From: an uncultured Bacteroidota bacterium
GTDB lineage: Bacteria; Bacteroidota; Bacteroidia; AKYH767-A; OLB10
NCBI GenBank assembly: GCA_903881665.1
Contig: CAIRUC010000025.1
Location: 1,080-65,079 of the forward strand
Reading direction: 5' to 3'
Length of the DNA: 64,000 nucleotides
Made by a program: the position numbers and the translations under genes
Shown here: positions 38,695 to 47,424 of the stretch, piece after piece
Layout: the number at the start of each line of letters is the position of its first letter
Numbering within the stretch: position 1 is the stretch's first letter
Notes under the pieces: model-generated
What the model was told of the DNA's origin: nothing
Seen by the model: the letters and a program-made list of their open reading frames with translations, nothing else
Database searches by the model: none

Positions 38695-39117
38695 TTAATT
38701 CGAATTTTCTTTTTGAATTAATAAAAAAGTTTAAATAATATCGCTACAAAAAATTAGGAAAAGTTGTAATTGTATTTAATAATAAGTATATAAACTAATA
38801 AATCTATTTCAAGAAATCGAAATCAGAAACCAACATGTAATTAAACGATTATAAATGCTTGTATGTGGAATATTAAAAATGCAAACGATAAATTTGTCGT
38901 GGGGAGGGCGGTGTGGTGGCCCCCTAAGCAACCTATAAAATTCGAACCGAATCACTCTTTTTTTGAGATCTAATATTTCATTACAGCTCTTTTCACCCAT
39001 TCAATTAAGCTTCCTTTCTTTTTACAAAAAGCTTTTCCAACTTTTAGAAGTTAAAAATAACCGCAGCAACAGTGCCCGAAATTCCTAAACTCATATTCTT
39101 TTTCTCATATTTGCAAC

Positions 39118-39987
39118 ATGAAATTAAAATTATTGCTTAGCCTCGTTTGTATGGTGGTTGGTGTAAGAACTGCGCAAGGTCAAGAAGGAAGATTAATAAG
39201 AACCGACTTATTCAACATCCCAACTTCAAAATTTGAACAGGCATCTGGATTTACTTTTAAAATTGCAGCCGATTCGAAAGAAAATATTGCGTTTAATGCT
39301 TGTTCATTACCTTGGGTATTCATCTTTAATATCGTGGGTGAACAAATTGATAGCATAAAACTTCCCAGCGATAAGTGTGTTAGAACTTTGGAATATGACG
39401 AGAACGATAATTTAATTATTATGGATAACGATGAGGCTAGAATCTATCGCTACGATTCAAATTCACGCAAGCTAGAAACAATCAACTATACTAAACCAGA
39501 AGATTGGTTCAAAATCCTGAACCACTATTACCGAAACTTCGACCTACCCTCTATCCCTACTTATTATAGTAACAATGATTACTTGCAAGATTTTTATTTC
39601 ACTCGCTTCCCCTACTCTTATAATTTGTATTTAAATTATAAGGATGGATATATTTATCAAGCGCATTACAATTTCATTAAACGCATCGACAACCATAAAG
39701 CATATGCGAATTTGAAAAAAGAAGACTATTGGTTTAGTGATAATATCACTCCGAAAAGTAAAATTCTTTTTATCGACGAAGAAAATAAATCAACTGTTTA
39801 TTACGATCGTTTTTACAATCTTATTTACGAGAACTTTGCCTCCGGAAAACTAATGATTAATCCAGCATTAGGAACAAACAGCGAACCAGCACGCTTCGAC
39901 TACTGCACAAATCTTCAACAAAAGAAAATTTTCGGAATTAGCGGATTCAATAAAAAATGGATTAGTATCTCGAGCTGGAGTTATTAA
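39118..39987 (+). CDS. hypothetical secreted protein, Tyr/Asn-rich (no family recognised)
   Basis: It has a signal peptide (MKLKLLLSLVCMVVGVRTAQGQ). It is a clean 289-aa ORF with no overlapping alternative, and I recognise no motifs in it. Confidence 0.55.
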   Translation: MKLKLLLSLVCMVVGVRTAQGQEGRLIRTDLFNIPTSKFEQASGFTFKIAADSKENIAFNACSLPWVFIFNIVGEQIDSIKLPSDKCVRTLEYDENDNLIIMDNDEARIYRYDSNSRKLETINYTKPEDWFKILNHYYRNFDLPSIPTYYSNNDYLQDFYFTRFPYSYNLYLNYKDGYIYQAHYNFIKRIDNHKAYANLKKEDYWFSDNITPKSKILFIDEENKSTVYYDRFYNLIYENFASGKLMINPALGTNSEPARFDYCTNLQQKKIFGISGFNKKWISISSWSY

Positions 39988-40332
39988 AAAATTTCGACAT
40001 CCTAAGTATGCTTTCACACTAGTATTTTGATCCCTCTTTTAGGTTCGACTTTCAATTGGGTTTCTAATCAATGTCGTGCATCTATTTTAGGATTACTTTC
40101 TTTTCACAAATTTAGGCAGACTATATTCCTCGTAAACATTTTGATCAAATCTCAACAGAAAGTGTTGCTATAAACCTCTATTTTTTTGCGTTCGATTACA
40201 TAATTGTAAATGGAGATTAAATCAATCTTACTGCCCAAATTACTATTTCCCCCACCCCCATCTAAATTAAAAAATACCTAGTGCGTTTTCTTGCATATTG
40301 AAAAACACTCAAAACATCACTTTACACAAATG

Positions 40333-40368
40333 CAAAAAGCCGTCCCGTTAAACGAGGCGGCTTTTTAT
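40333..40368 (-). terminator. rho-independent terminator downstream of rpmA
   Basis: The minus strand reads AAAAAGCCGCCTCGTTTAACGGGACGGCTTTTTGCA: a GC-rich hairpin with two wobble or mismatch positions, followed by T5. Confidence 0.6.
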
Positions 40369-40386
40369 ATTTTTAATAATCAGGAA

Positions 40387-40659
40387 TTAAGCCTGAGCAA
40401 TAATTTCAAATGGTTTTACGGTAACGTAAGATTTGTCATCCGCTTTTTTACGGAAAACGACAGTACCATCGATTAAAGCAAATAACGTATGATCTTTACC
40501 GATACCTACGTTTTCACCGGGATGATGTTTAGTACCACGTTGACGAATAATGATATTACCGGCAATTACGCGTTGACCACCAAAAATTTTGATGCCTAAA
40601 CGTTTACTATGTGATTCACGACCGTTCCTGGAACTACCGACACCTTTCTTGTGAGCCAT
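40387..40659 (-). CDS. rpmA: 50S ribosomal protein L27
   Basis: [29 protein letters not shown]...[17 protein letters not shown] is near-invariant L27 sequence. Confidence 0.97.
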   Translation of the reverse strand: MAHKKGVGSSRNGRESHSKRLGIKIFGGQRVIAGNIIIRQRGTKHHPGENVGIGKDHTLFALIDGTVVFRKKADDKSYVTVKPFEIIAQA

Positions 40660-40694
40660 GGTATTTTATTTTATTATGTGTTCGAAATGATTAA

Positions 40695-41006
40695 TTAAGC
40701 AGTGATAGACTCGATCTGAATTTTTGTAAAAGACTGACGATGTCCATTCAACTTTTGATAGCCCTTACGACGTTTCTTTTTGAAGATTAGAACTTTATCT
40801 CCTTTTACATGAGAGATAACCTTAGCAGTTACTTTAGCTCCTGATATTAGAGGCGCGCCTACTTTAACAGAACCGTTGTTTCCAACTAATAAAACCTGAT
40901 CGAAACTAACCTGTTCTCCTTCGTTAACATCTAAACGATGAACAAATAGTGGTGAGTTCTCAGATACTTTGAACTGCTGTCCGGCAATATTTACAATGGC
41001 GTACAT
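40695..41006 (-). CDS. rplU: 50S ribosomal protein L21
   Basis: [14 protein letters not shown]...[31 protein letters not shown] is the canonical L21 pattern. It lies upstream of rpmA. Confidence 0.95.
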   Translation of the reverse strand: MYAIVNIAGQQFKVSENSPLFVHRLDVNEGEQVSFDQVLLVGNNGSVKVGAPLISGAKVTAKVISHVKGDKVLIFKKKRRKGYQKLNGHRQSFTKIQIESITA

Positions 41007-41119
41007 GATGATATAGTATTACTTCCCCTAAAAGGGAGGGCAAAGATAGAAATATGAAAAGAAATAAACAAGCAAGTGTTCACATTCTTGTCTTATAAAA
41101 ATAGATCCCTGTATTTCAA

Positions 41120-42025
41120 TTACTTACAATTCATTTTTTTGATTGAAGGCTTCGGCTTGGAACTAATCAGGGCTACTCCACCCAAAATAGCGGCCATAGC
41201 AAGCAGGTGAAAAGGGTTTAATTTCTCGCCATCGGCAATACCCCACCCTAACGCTACTACAGGTATCAGATAGGTTACTGCACTAGCAAATAATGGAGTG
41301 GAAATTTTAACCATCTGAAAATATAGAATATTGGAAACGGCGGTACCCATTAAGCTTAACAAAACTATGCATCCAAATGAAAACCAAGCATCTGGCATGG
41401 TACTAAAGCGAGTAACGAAATCGGTATTAAATAAATATATAGCATAAGGAATTCCTACAAATAGTAACCCCGCTCCCGAAATGGTCATAGAGTCCAGCCC
41501 ACCCAAACATGATTTAATAGTATTTACGCTAATTCCATAGCAACAAGTAGCTACTACAATTAGTAATGCAAAACCGAAATCGGCACTAAGCCCTCCATCG
41601 GCCCTAATTAGTATTAAACCAGCGGCACCTAGAAAGCCCACCATTACACCAGATATTTGTCGAGGGGTGAATTTACTTCTAAAGAAGAAAGCTCCTATTA
41701 GCATAGTAAACACAGGAGTGAGCCCATTTAGCATTCCAGCTAATGAACTATTAATTCTAGTTTGCGCAGTAGCAAATAAAAAAGCAGGAATTCCAGAACC
41801 CAACCCACCAACTACCATCAGATATTTGTATCGGTCTTTAGGGATCAAAGACAGCTTACGTATGATAAGTGGTAAAGTAGCCATGCAGGCAACCGACATT
41901 CGTATAGCAGCCAGCTGATCGGGACGAAAACTGATCAACCCACGCTTCATCAAAATAAAAGAACTACCCCATATTAATGCAAGGGCACCTAGTAAAAGCC
42001 ACTTCGTATTACTTTTTTTAATCAT
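41120..42025 (-). CDS. DMT superfamily transporter (EamA family)
   Basis: It has ten predicted TM helices with two EamA-like halves. Its ATG overlaps the stop of the upstream helicase gene (ATGA at 42025-42022). Confidence 0.75.
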   Translation of the reverse strand: MIKKSNTKWLLLGALALIWGSSFILMKRGLISFRPDQLAAIRMSVACMATLPLIIRKLSLIPKDRYKYLMVVGGLGSGIPAFLFATAQTRINSSLAGMLNGLTPVFTMLIGAFFFRSKFTPRQISGVMVGFLGAAGLILIRADGGLSADFGFALLIVVATCCYGISVNTIKSCLGGLDSMTISGAGLLFVGIPYAIYLFNTDFVTRFSTMPDAWFSFGCIVLLSLMGTAVSNILYFQMVKISTPLFASAVTYLIPVVALGWGIADGEKLNPFHLLAMAAILGGVALISSKPKPSIKKMNCK

Positions 42026-43338
42026 CGTCGAATACCGAACTTTTTACCGTATGTCACCTTTTTCTTAGGCGCACGTTGATCTAAAGGAAGATTACTTTCT
42101 TTCTTCTCATGGAAAGCACCTTTAAATTCAGGATTATCTTTCTTCTTCTGCATATCTATTTCGCGAAGCATAACCTGTCGCTCTTCATATTCGGTTTTCT
42201 CTACAAAAACACTAGGAGGAATCTCTAATTCTGGAATATCCTGACGAATCAACTTTTTAATCTTTACTAAATGATATTCATCGGCTGGCGAAACAAATGT
42301 AATGGAATGTCCGGTTTTAAAAGCCCTTCCTGTTCTGCCTATACGATGAACATAATCTTCATAAACGATAGGAGTATCGAAATTAAAAACATGCGACACA
42401 TCTGGAATATCAAGTCCACGGGCAGCGAGATCGGTAGTGATTAACAATCGAATGTCGTCACCTCTAAAAGCTAGCATTGAATTAATACGCGTTTGCTGTG
42501 TTTTATTTCCATGAATAACACGAACATTCTCTTCGCCATGACGACGTTCGAGGTATTTACCAATGGAGGATGCAATAGCTTTCGTTTTACAAAAAACAAT
42601 AACTTTTTTATATACCTCTCCATCTTCAATAAGATGCTCGAGGAGATTTAATTTTGACTTAAGATTAGGCACCAGATAATAACCCTGACTCACCGTTTCC
42701 GCTGTTTTCATGTCAGGAGCAATGTCAATTTCAACTGGGAAATCGAGGAAGTCACCTGAGATTTTTCGCACCAAGTCCGACATCGTAGCTGAGAACAATA
42801 AATTTTGACGCTTGCTCGGGATAACTTCAAGAATACGATGAAACTGTGACATAAAACTTTTATCCATGAGTCGCTCGGCTTCATCAAGTACTAAATGTTT
42901 TATGCGCTTAGATAGTATATGTCCAGCAAGGTACAAATCAAGAAATCTGCCTGGCGATGCCACCAATATATCTATTCCTTTATCTAAACTCGCTATCTGC
43001 TCTTTGGTTCCCTGCCCTCCGAAAATCACGGCATATCTTAAGTCGGTATACTTGGTAAGATCACGCAACGTATTACCCACTTGTATTGATAACTCACGTG
43101 TAGGCACTAGTATTAAGCAACGAGGTTCATTACCTTGAGCATAATTCAGTATTCGGATCAGAGGCAACAGATAGGCGGCTGTTTTACCCGTACCGGTTTG
43201 AGAGACACCCATTACATCTTGACCACCAAGAATTGCAGGTATTGCTTTTTCCTGAATTGGAGTAGGTTGCTCAAACCCTAAATCGGCAAGTGCATCGAAT
43301 AGCTGGCGGTTTAATTTAAAATCACGGAATGTCTTCAC
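42022..43338 (-). CDS. DEAD-box ATP-dependent RNA helicase (RhlE-like)
   Basis: It carries the Q motif (FEQPTPIQ), motif I (SQTGTGKT), motif II (VLDEAERL, a DEAE variant of DEAD), SAT, and motif VI (HRIGRTGR). The C-terminus is basic. Confidence 0.9.
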   Translation of the reverse strand: MKTFRDFKLNRQLFDALADLGFEQPTPIQEKAIPAILGGQDVMGVSQTGTGKTAAYLLPLIRILNYAQGNEPRCLILVPTRELSIQVGNTLRDLTKYTDLRYAVIFGGQGTKEQIASLDKGIDILVASPGRFLDLYLAGHILSKRIKHLVLDEAERLMDKSFMSQFHRILEVIPSKRQNLLFSATMSDLVRKISGDFLDFPVEIDIAPDMKTAETVSQGYYLVPNLKSKLNLLEHLIEDGEVYKKVIVFCKTKAIASSIGKYLERRHGEENVRVIHGNKTQQTRINSMLAFRGDDIRLLITTDLAARGLDIPDVSHVFNFDTPIVYEDYVHRIGRTGRAFKTGHSITFVSPADEYHLVKIKKLIRQDIPELEIPPSVFVEKTEYEERQVMLREIDMQKKKDNPEFKGAFHEKKESNLPLDQRAPKKKVTYGKKFGIRR

Positions 43339-43407
43339 GTTGCAAAATTACATTAAAATAGCGAGTTATTGGATAAGGAGGCCCTTAACAACTAAGAATT
43401 AATCTGC

Positions 43408-46400
43408 TTATCTAATTATAGTTACTCGCCCGAGAGCTTCTTTGCGAAGATGACGAAGCGAAGTATAATTCAATTTATACATGTATGTTCCTTCTTGAAC
43501 ATCTACCCCATCTACTTTTCCATCCCATACATCATTTTCATTTGTACTAGAATATATAACCTTACCCCATCGATCAAAAAGCACAAAGGCAAAATCAAAT
43601 GCGTTTACTGTATAAAAATGCAGAAAATCATTTTTCCCATCATTATTAGGAGTAAAGCAAGTGGGTACAAATGCATAGGTATTAATCACATGTAAAAGAA
43701 CATCTGATGTACTATCAACACAACCAAATTCGCTTTCACCTCTCAATTTAATGGTATATCGACCAGAATCAGGATAATTATATATCGGATTTTCTAATAT
43801 TGAAGTTCCTGCTCCATCACCAAAATCCCAAAGGTAATTTATAGCCCCTATCGATAAATTATTTAATGTCACTAGGGTATTATCATCGAATAAAATTCCA
43901 GGAGTTACATCAAATTGAATCAACGGAATTGGATGAACTGTTACTATACTATCAAACACTAACGTTGACGTACATCCTAAATAAGAAGTTGCTTCTATAG
44001 TTACATTATATATTCCTGGATCTGTATAAATATGAAATGGCGAAAAAAGATCAGACGTTTCATTGTCGCCGAAATCCCAAAAAAGAGTTGAATTAGCTGG
44101 GACAACACTTGCAGAAAAGGCTAACTCCAAATTTCCGCACTTAGCAGTATCGGTTTGTGTAAATGTAATTATTGGAAGTTCTTCTACATTGACTGTAAAT
44201 ATTGCAGTATCTGCACAATTATTTCCATCAGTTACCACCAATTCAAATAATTGCGTTGCAGTAGGTGCTACAGTTACGGAAGATAGCGAGGGAAGAGAAG
44301 GTGTCCACTGATAATTTAACGGCAGCACCTGATTAACAACAGAAGTTGACAGAATGGTATTATCGCCGATACAAATAGAATCAGTTCCGCTAATGGAAGC
44401 TATTGGACTTGGTGTACTGCTAATCACAAATTGGGTATCTGCTAAACATCCATACTTATCGGTTATCGTGAGTGAATAAACAGCTGGAGATAAATTTGCA
44501 GCATTACTTAAAGTTCCTGCACCACCACTCCATAGATATGCATAAGGCATAACACCACCAGCAACCGCTGATATTGCGCTACCATTCGCCAAACTACAAG
44601 TACTCATATTTAGCGTGATATTAAACTCCAATGGCAGCGGCTCTTCAACAGTTGACAATATAGATTTCGTACATCCTAAATGATCAGTTACGAGCACTGA
44701 ATAATTACCGGCGGAAAGATTACCTGCTAAAGCACTAACCGAAATATTGGGAGTCCAGCTGTACGTTATTGGCGCTATTCCTCCAACCACATTCACCTCC
44801 ACACTTCCACCTGCACCATTCTTACAGTTCACACTATCAACAACTGTTGAGAGAATAGGAAGTTCGATTACAGTAACAACAAACGATGCAGTATCCTTGC
44901 AATTATTCGCATCATTTACATATGATGTATATGATTGCGTTAGCAATGGAGAATCGGTAAGAATAGAAGTGGTAGACAAAGAAGGATTCCATGAATATGT
45001 ATACGGACCAGTGCCACTCACAATTGAAGAAGAAATAGTAACAGGTTCCCCTTTACAAATCGAGTCACTTGCACTTAACGAAAGTATTGGTTTAGGAGTT
45101 GTAGTAATCGTAAATTGAGTATCGCGAACGCATCCATTATTATCGGTTATCGTGAGTGAATAAATACCTATAGCGAGATTTTGAATAGAAGCAGTAATTG
45201 CACCGGTATTCCACATATAACTATAACCAGGAGTAGCGCCTGAGGTGTTCGTAATGGCGCTACCGTTAGGCTCTTCACAAGCGCTATTCGAAACCGTCAT
45301 ATTAAAAACAATATTTGTAGGCTGCGCAATTGTATTATTAACCATTAAAGTACATCCGTTAGCATCTGTAACAGTTGTTATGTACGACCCGACTGATAAA
45401 GAAGAAGCTAAAGAACTAGTCGAAATAGCAGGCGACCATACATAGCTATAAGAACCTGTACCACCGGAGGTATTCAACAATATCGAACCTGTGGTTCCAC
45501 CATAACAAATATCATTTTGTGGCACCGACTGCACTTGAATGGGAGAAGGTGCAGTAATTGTAATATTACTTAGCACGACCGAACACCCAACAGCATCTGT
45601 AACCGTTACCGAATAATTTCCGGCAGAAAGTAATCCGCTATTTGCATTAGAAGAAACGCCGGAAGACCAACTGTAAGAATATGGCGGAAGGCCTCCAACT
45701 GGAGCCACTATGATTTGACCATCGCTACCGCTAGCACATTGAACATCATTTATTACAGGAGCGGGGACAGAAACAAAACTAGGATAAACCAAATTTGCAG
45801 TGTCTCTACTTATGCAACCATTACCATCGGTGATGGTACATATGTAAGTACCAGCACCAAGATTAGAAATAGAAGAAGTATTTGCACCATTCGACCATTG
45901 GTAGGTAAAAGGTCCTGTACCGGAAACAACATTAACAGCAGCACTACCATTCTGAGTGGCAATACAACCAGAAGGTTGAGTCATCGCAACAGCAGATTGA
46001 ACAGCATTGGTGATGGATACTTGCATGGTATCACGCAAAGTAACAATCGCTCCGTTACATCCATTGTAAACTGCTTGCGCAACATAAGTAGTATTTTGAG
46101 TTGGGCAAACATTAAGTATTGTATTATTACTAATCACACTGCCGCCTTGCAACCATGAGAAAGTAATGATATTCGTTCCCATTGGAAGAAAGCGATAGGC
46201 ATCATTTGTTGCCGTCCATACAGTATTATTTCTACCCGTTATGGTATATGCACTAGTGCCCGCGGCATTTTGAATACCCTCAATCGCTAATCCATTATTC
46301 CACCCTGTACAAGTAGGCTTATTCTTAATGTAAATATCAATAGCATTTGTAGTTTCATACAATACCATTTGAGAAGTAAGAAATAAAGGACTTCCACATG

Positions 46401-46980
46401 CAGAAGTATTCACGCTATTAGGATCGCCATAATATGGTATTTGATAATAGGAAACTACTAGTTTACGACTAGGATAACTTCCTGTTAACTGCCAATAAAT
46501 AGTCCCTTGATTTGTAGGATCTGTATCTTCATAAATACCCATAATAGAATTATGTGGGAGGTTTGGGTTAGGTAGGGGGCTTAGTCCAATTAAACTCCAA
46601 GGGCATATACCTCCAGCATTTGCAATATCAAATGTTAAAACTCCATTTGAACCAATTAACACTTTGTTGTAGTTAATGCCAAAAAAGCAAAAGTCGAAGG
46701 GAAGATTAATGGGACTCGACCAACGATCATCAATATTTACAAGAATAGGAGCTCCCGCATTATAAGGAAAGGGGGTATACGGAATCGGTATTGGAAGGTA
46801 CGACGAGGTTTGTCCTGAATAAAAATAACTTGCCATCAAATTCACACAAGGACTTGCGCAAGAAACTGTTGTATCTGGGCCTGCATTTACTTCAGGATCT
46901 CCCTGCGCATATGCCGATGCCATAAACAACAACAACACACTAGTAATTAATAGAAATTTGTATGAGACCGTTTCTTTCAA
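43408..46980 (-). CDS. large cell-surface adhesin-like protein with SprB-type repeats, PKD domains and T9SS type B (gliding-motility-associated) C-terminal domain
   Basis: At least six SprB-type repeats are present (e.g. CASGSDGQIIVAPVGGLPPYSYSWSSG...VTDAVGC). There are two PKD signatures (WDFGDNETS..., WDFGDGAGTS...). The C-terminus is FVPTCFTPNNDGKNDFLHFY...FDRWGKVIY...VWDGK...GTYMYKL. The signal peptide MKETVSYKFLLITSVLLLFMASAYAQ requires the TTG start at 46980. Confidence 0.8.
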   Translation of the reverse strand: MKETVSYKFLLITSVLLLFMASAYAQGDPEVNAGPDTTVSCASPCVNLMASYFYSGQTSSYLPIPIPYTPFPYNAGAPILVNIDDRWSSPINLPFDFCFFGINYNKVLIGSNGVLTFDIANAGGICPWSLIGLSPLPNPNLPHNSIMGIYEDTDPTNQGTIYWQLTGSYPSRKLVVSYYQIPYYGDPNSVNTSACGSPLFLTSQMVLYETTNAIDIYIKNKPTCTGWNNGLAIEGIQNAAGTSAYTITGRNNTVWTATNDAYRFLPMGTNIITFSWLQGGSVISNNTILNVCPTQNTTYVAQAVYNGCNGAIVTLRDTMQVSITNAVQSAVAMTQPSGCIATQNGSAAVNVVSGTGPFTYQWSNGANTSSISNLGAGTYICTITDGNGCISRDTANLVYPSFVSVPAPVINDVQCASGSDGQIIVAPVGGLPPYSYSWSSGVSSNANSGLLSAGNYSVTVTDAVGCSVVLSNITITAPSPIQVQSVPQNDICYGGTTGSILLNTSGGTGSYSYVWSPAISTSSLASSLSVGSYITTVTDANGCTLMVNNTIAQPTNIVFNMTVSNSACEEPNGSAITNTSGATPGYSYMWNTGAITASIQNLAIGIYSLTITDNNGCVRDTQFTITTTPKPILSLSASDSICKGEPVTISSSIVSGTGPYTYSWNPSLSTTSILTDSPLLTQSYTSYVNDANNCKDTASFVVTVIELPILSTVVDSVNCKNGAGGSVEVNVVGGIAPITYSWTPNISVSALAGNLSAGNYSVLVTDHLGCTKSILSTVEEPLPLEFNITLNMSTCSLANGSAISAVAGGVMPYAYLWSGGAGTLSNAANLSPAVYSLTITDKYGCLADTQFVISSTPSPIASISGTDSICIGDNTILSTSVVNQVLPLNYQWTPSLPSLSSVTVAPTATQLFELVVTDGNNCADTAIFTVNVEELPIITFTQTDTAKCGNLELAFSASVVPANSTLFWDFGDNETSDLFSPFHIYTDPGIYNVTIEATSYLGCTSTLVFDSIVTVHPIPLIQFDVTPGILFDDNTLVTLNNLSIGAINYLWDFGDGAGTSILENPIYNYPDSGRYTIKLRGESEFGCVDSTSDVLLHVINTYAFVPTCFTPNNDGKNDFLHFYTVNAFDFAFVLFDRWGKVIYSSTNENDVWDGKVDGVDVQEGTYMYKLNYTSLRHLRKEALGRVTIIR

Positions 46981-47234
46981 AGACAGAGCTTTTTTATAAA
47001 GGATAACACAAGGTAAGAATTATTTTTAAATAAGGGGTTTCGCTTTGGCAAAATGGACAAAACACAAAGCAAATCTACGAAAACACTCTCTTAAAATGGA
47101 AAGAAGCAAAAAACCTAATATTCAACTAAACTCTGCTTCATTTTTATCTCCCAAGAAAAAAACATCATTAAAAATATTGACATACGAACAATTACGTATT
47201 TATTATCGACAAACTCGTACTTTATCTCGAAGAT

Positions 47235-47249
47235 TCACCACCAAAAATA
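47235..47249 (-). promoter_or_regulatory. left arm of an inverted repeat; on the minus strand reads TATTTTTGGTGGTGA (perfect TAnnTTTG box facing the 43408-46980 gene)
   Basis: Read directly from the sequence. It mirrors 47324-47339 with one extra base in the right arm. Confidence 0.3.
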
Positions 47250-47323
47250 AAGTATTGGCCGAGCAAACACAGTATTTCGCCAATATAAACTTGAAAACCC
47301 TGAAAGAAGCCGATGATTACACC

Positions 47324-47339
47324 TATTTTTGTGTGGTGA
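47324..47339 (+). promoter_or_regulatory. right arm of the inverted repeat; reads TATTTTTGTGTGGTGA (perfect TAnnTTTG box facing the 47425-49740 gene)
   Basis: Read directly from the sequence. It lies about 85 nt upstream of the ATG at 47425. Confidence 0.3.
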
Positions 47340-47424
47340 TTTAATTGTAATTAGGAACAAAAATTGTGTTCTGGCGTAAAAATCGAAATTGTAATAATTA
47401 ACGTAACTGTATTCATCAAAAATA

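Noticed and set aside
38809-39000. 63-aa minus-strand ORF covering the GC-rich patch
   Set aside because: It has no motifs or signal. The ORF seems to exist only because of the local GC-rich patch.
40291-40476. 61-aa plus-strand ORF overlapping the rpmA 3' end and its terminator
   Set aside because: It overlaps an unambiguous L27 gene and a terminator hairpin.
45715-46158. 147-aa plus-strand ORF inside the 1190-aa adhesin gene, with similar ones inside the giant adhesin (54667-55038, 56020-56268, 57379-57744)
   Set aside because: They are antisense to repeat-rich coding sequence that has clear domain signatures. No independent signal supports them.
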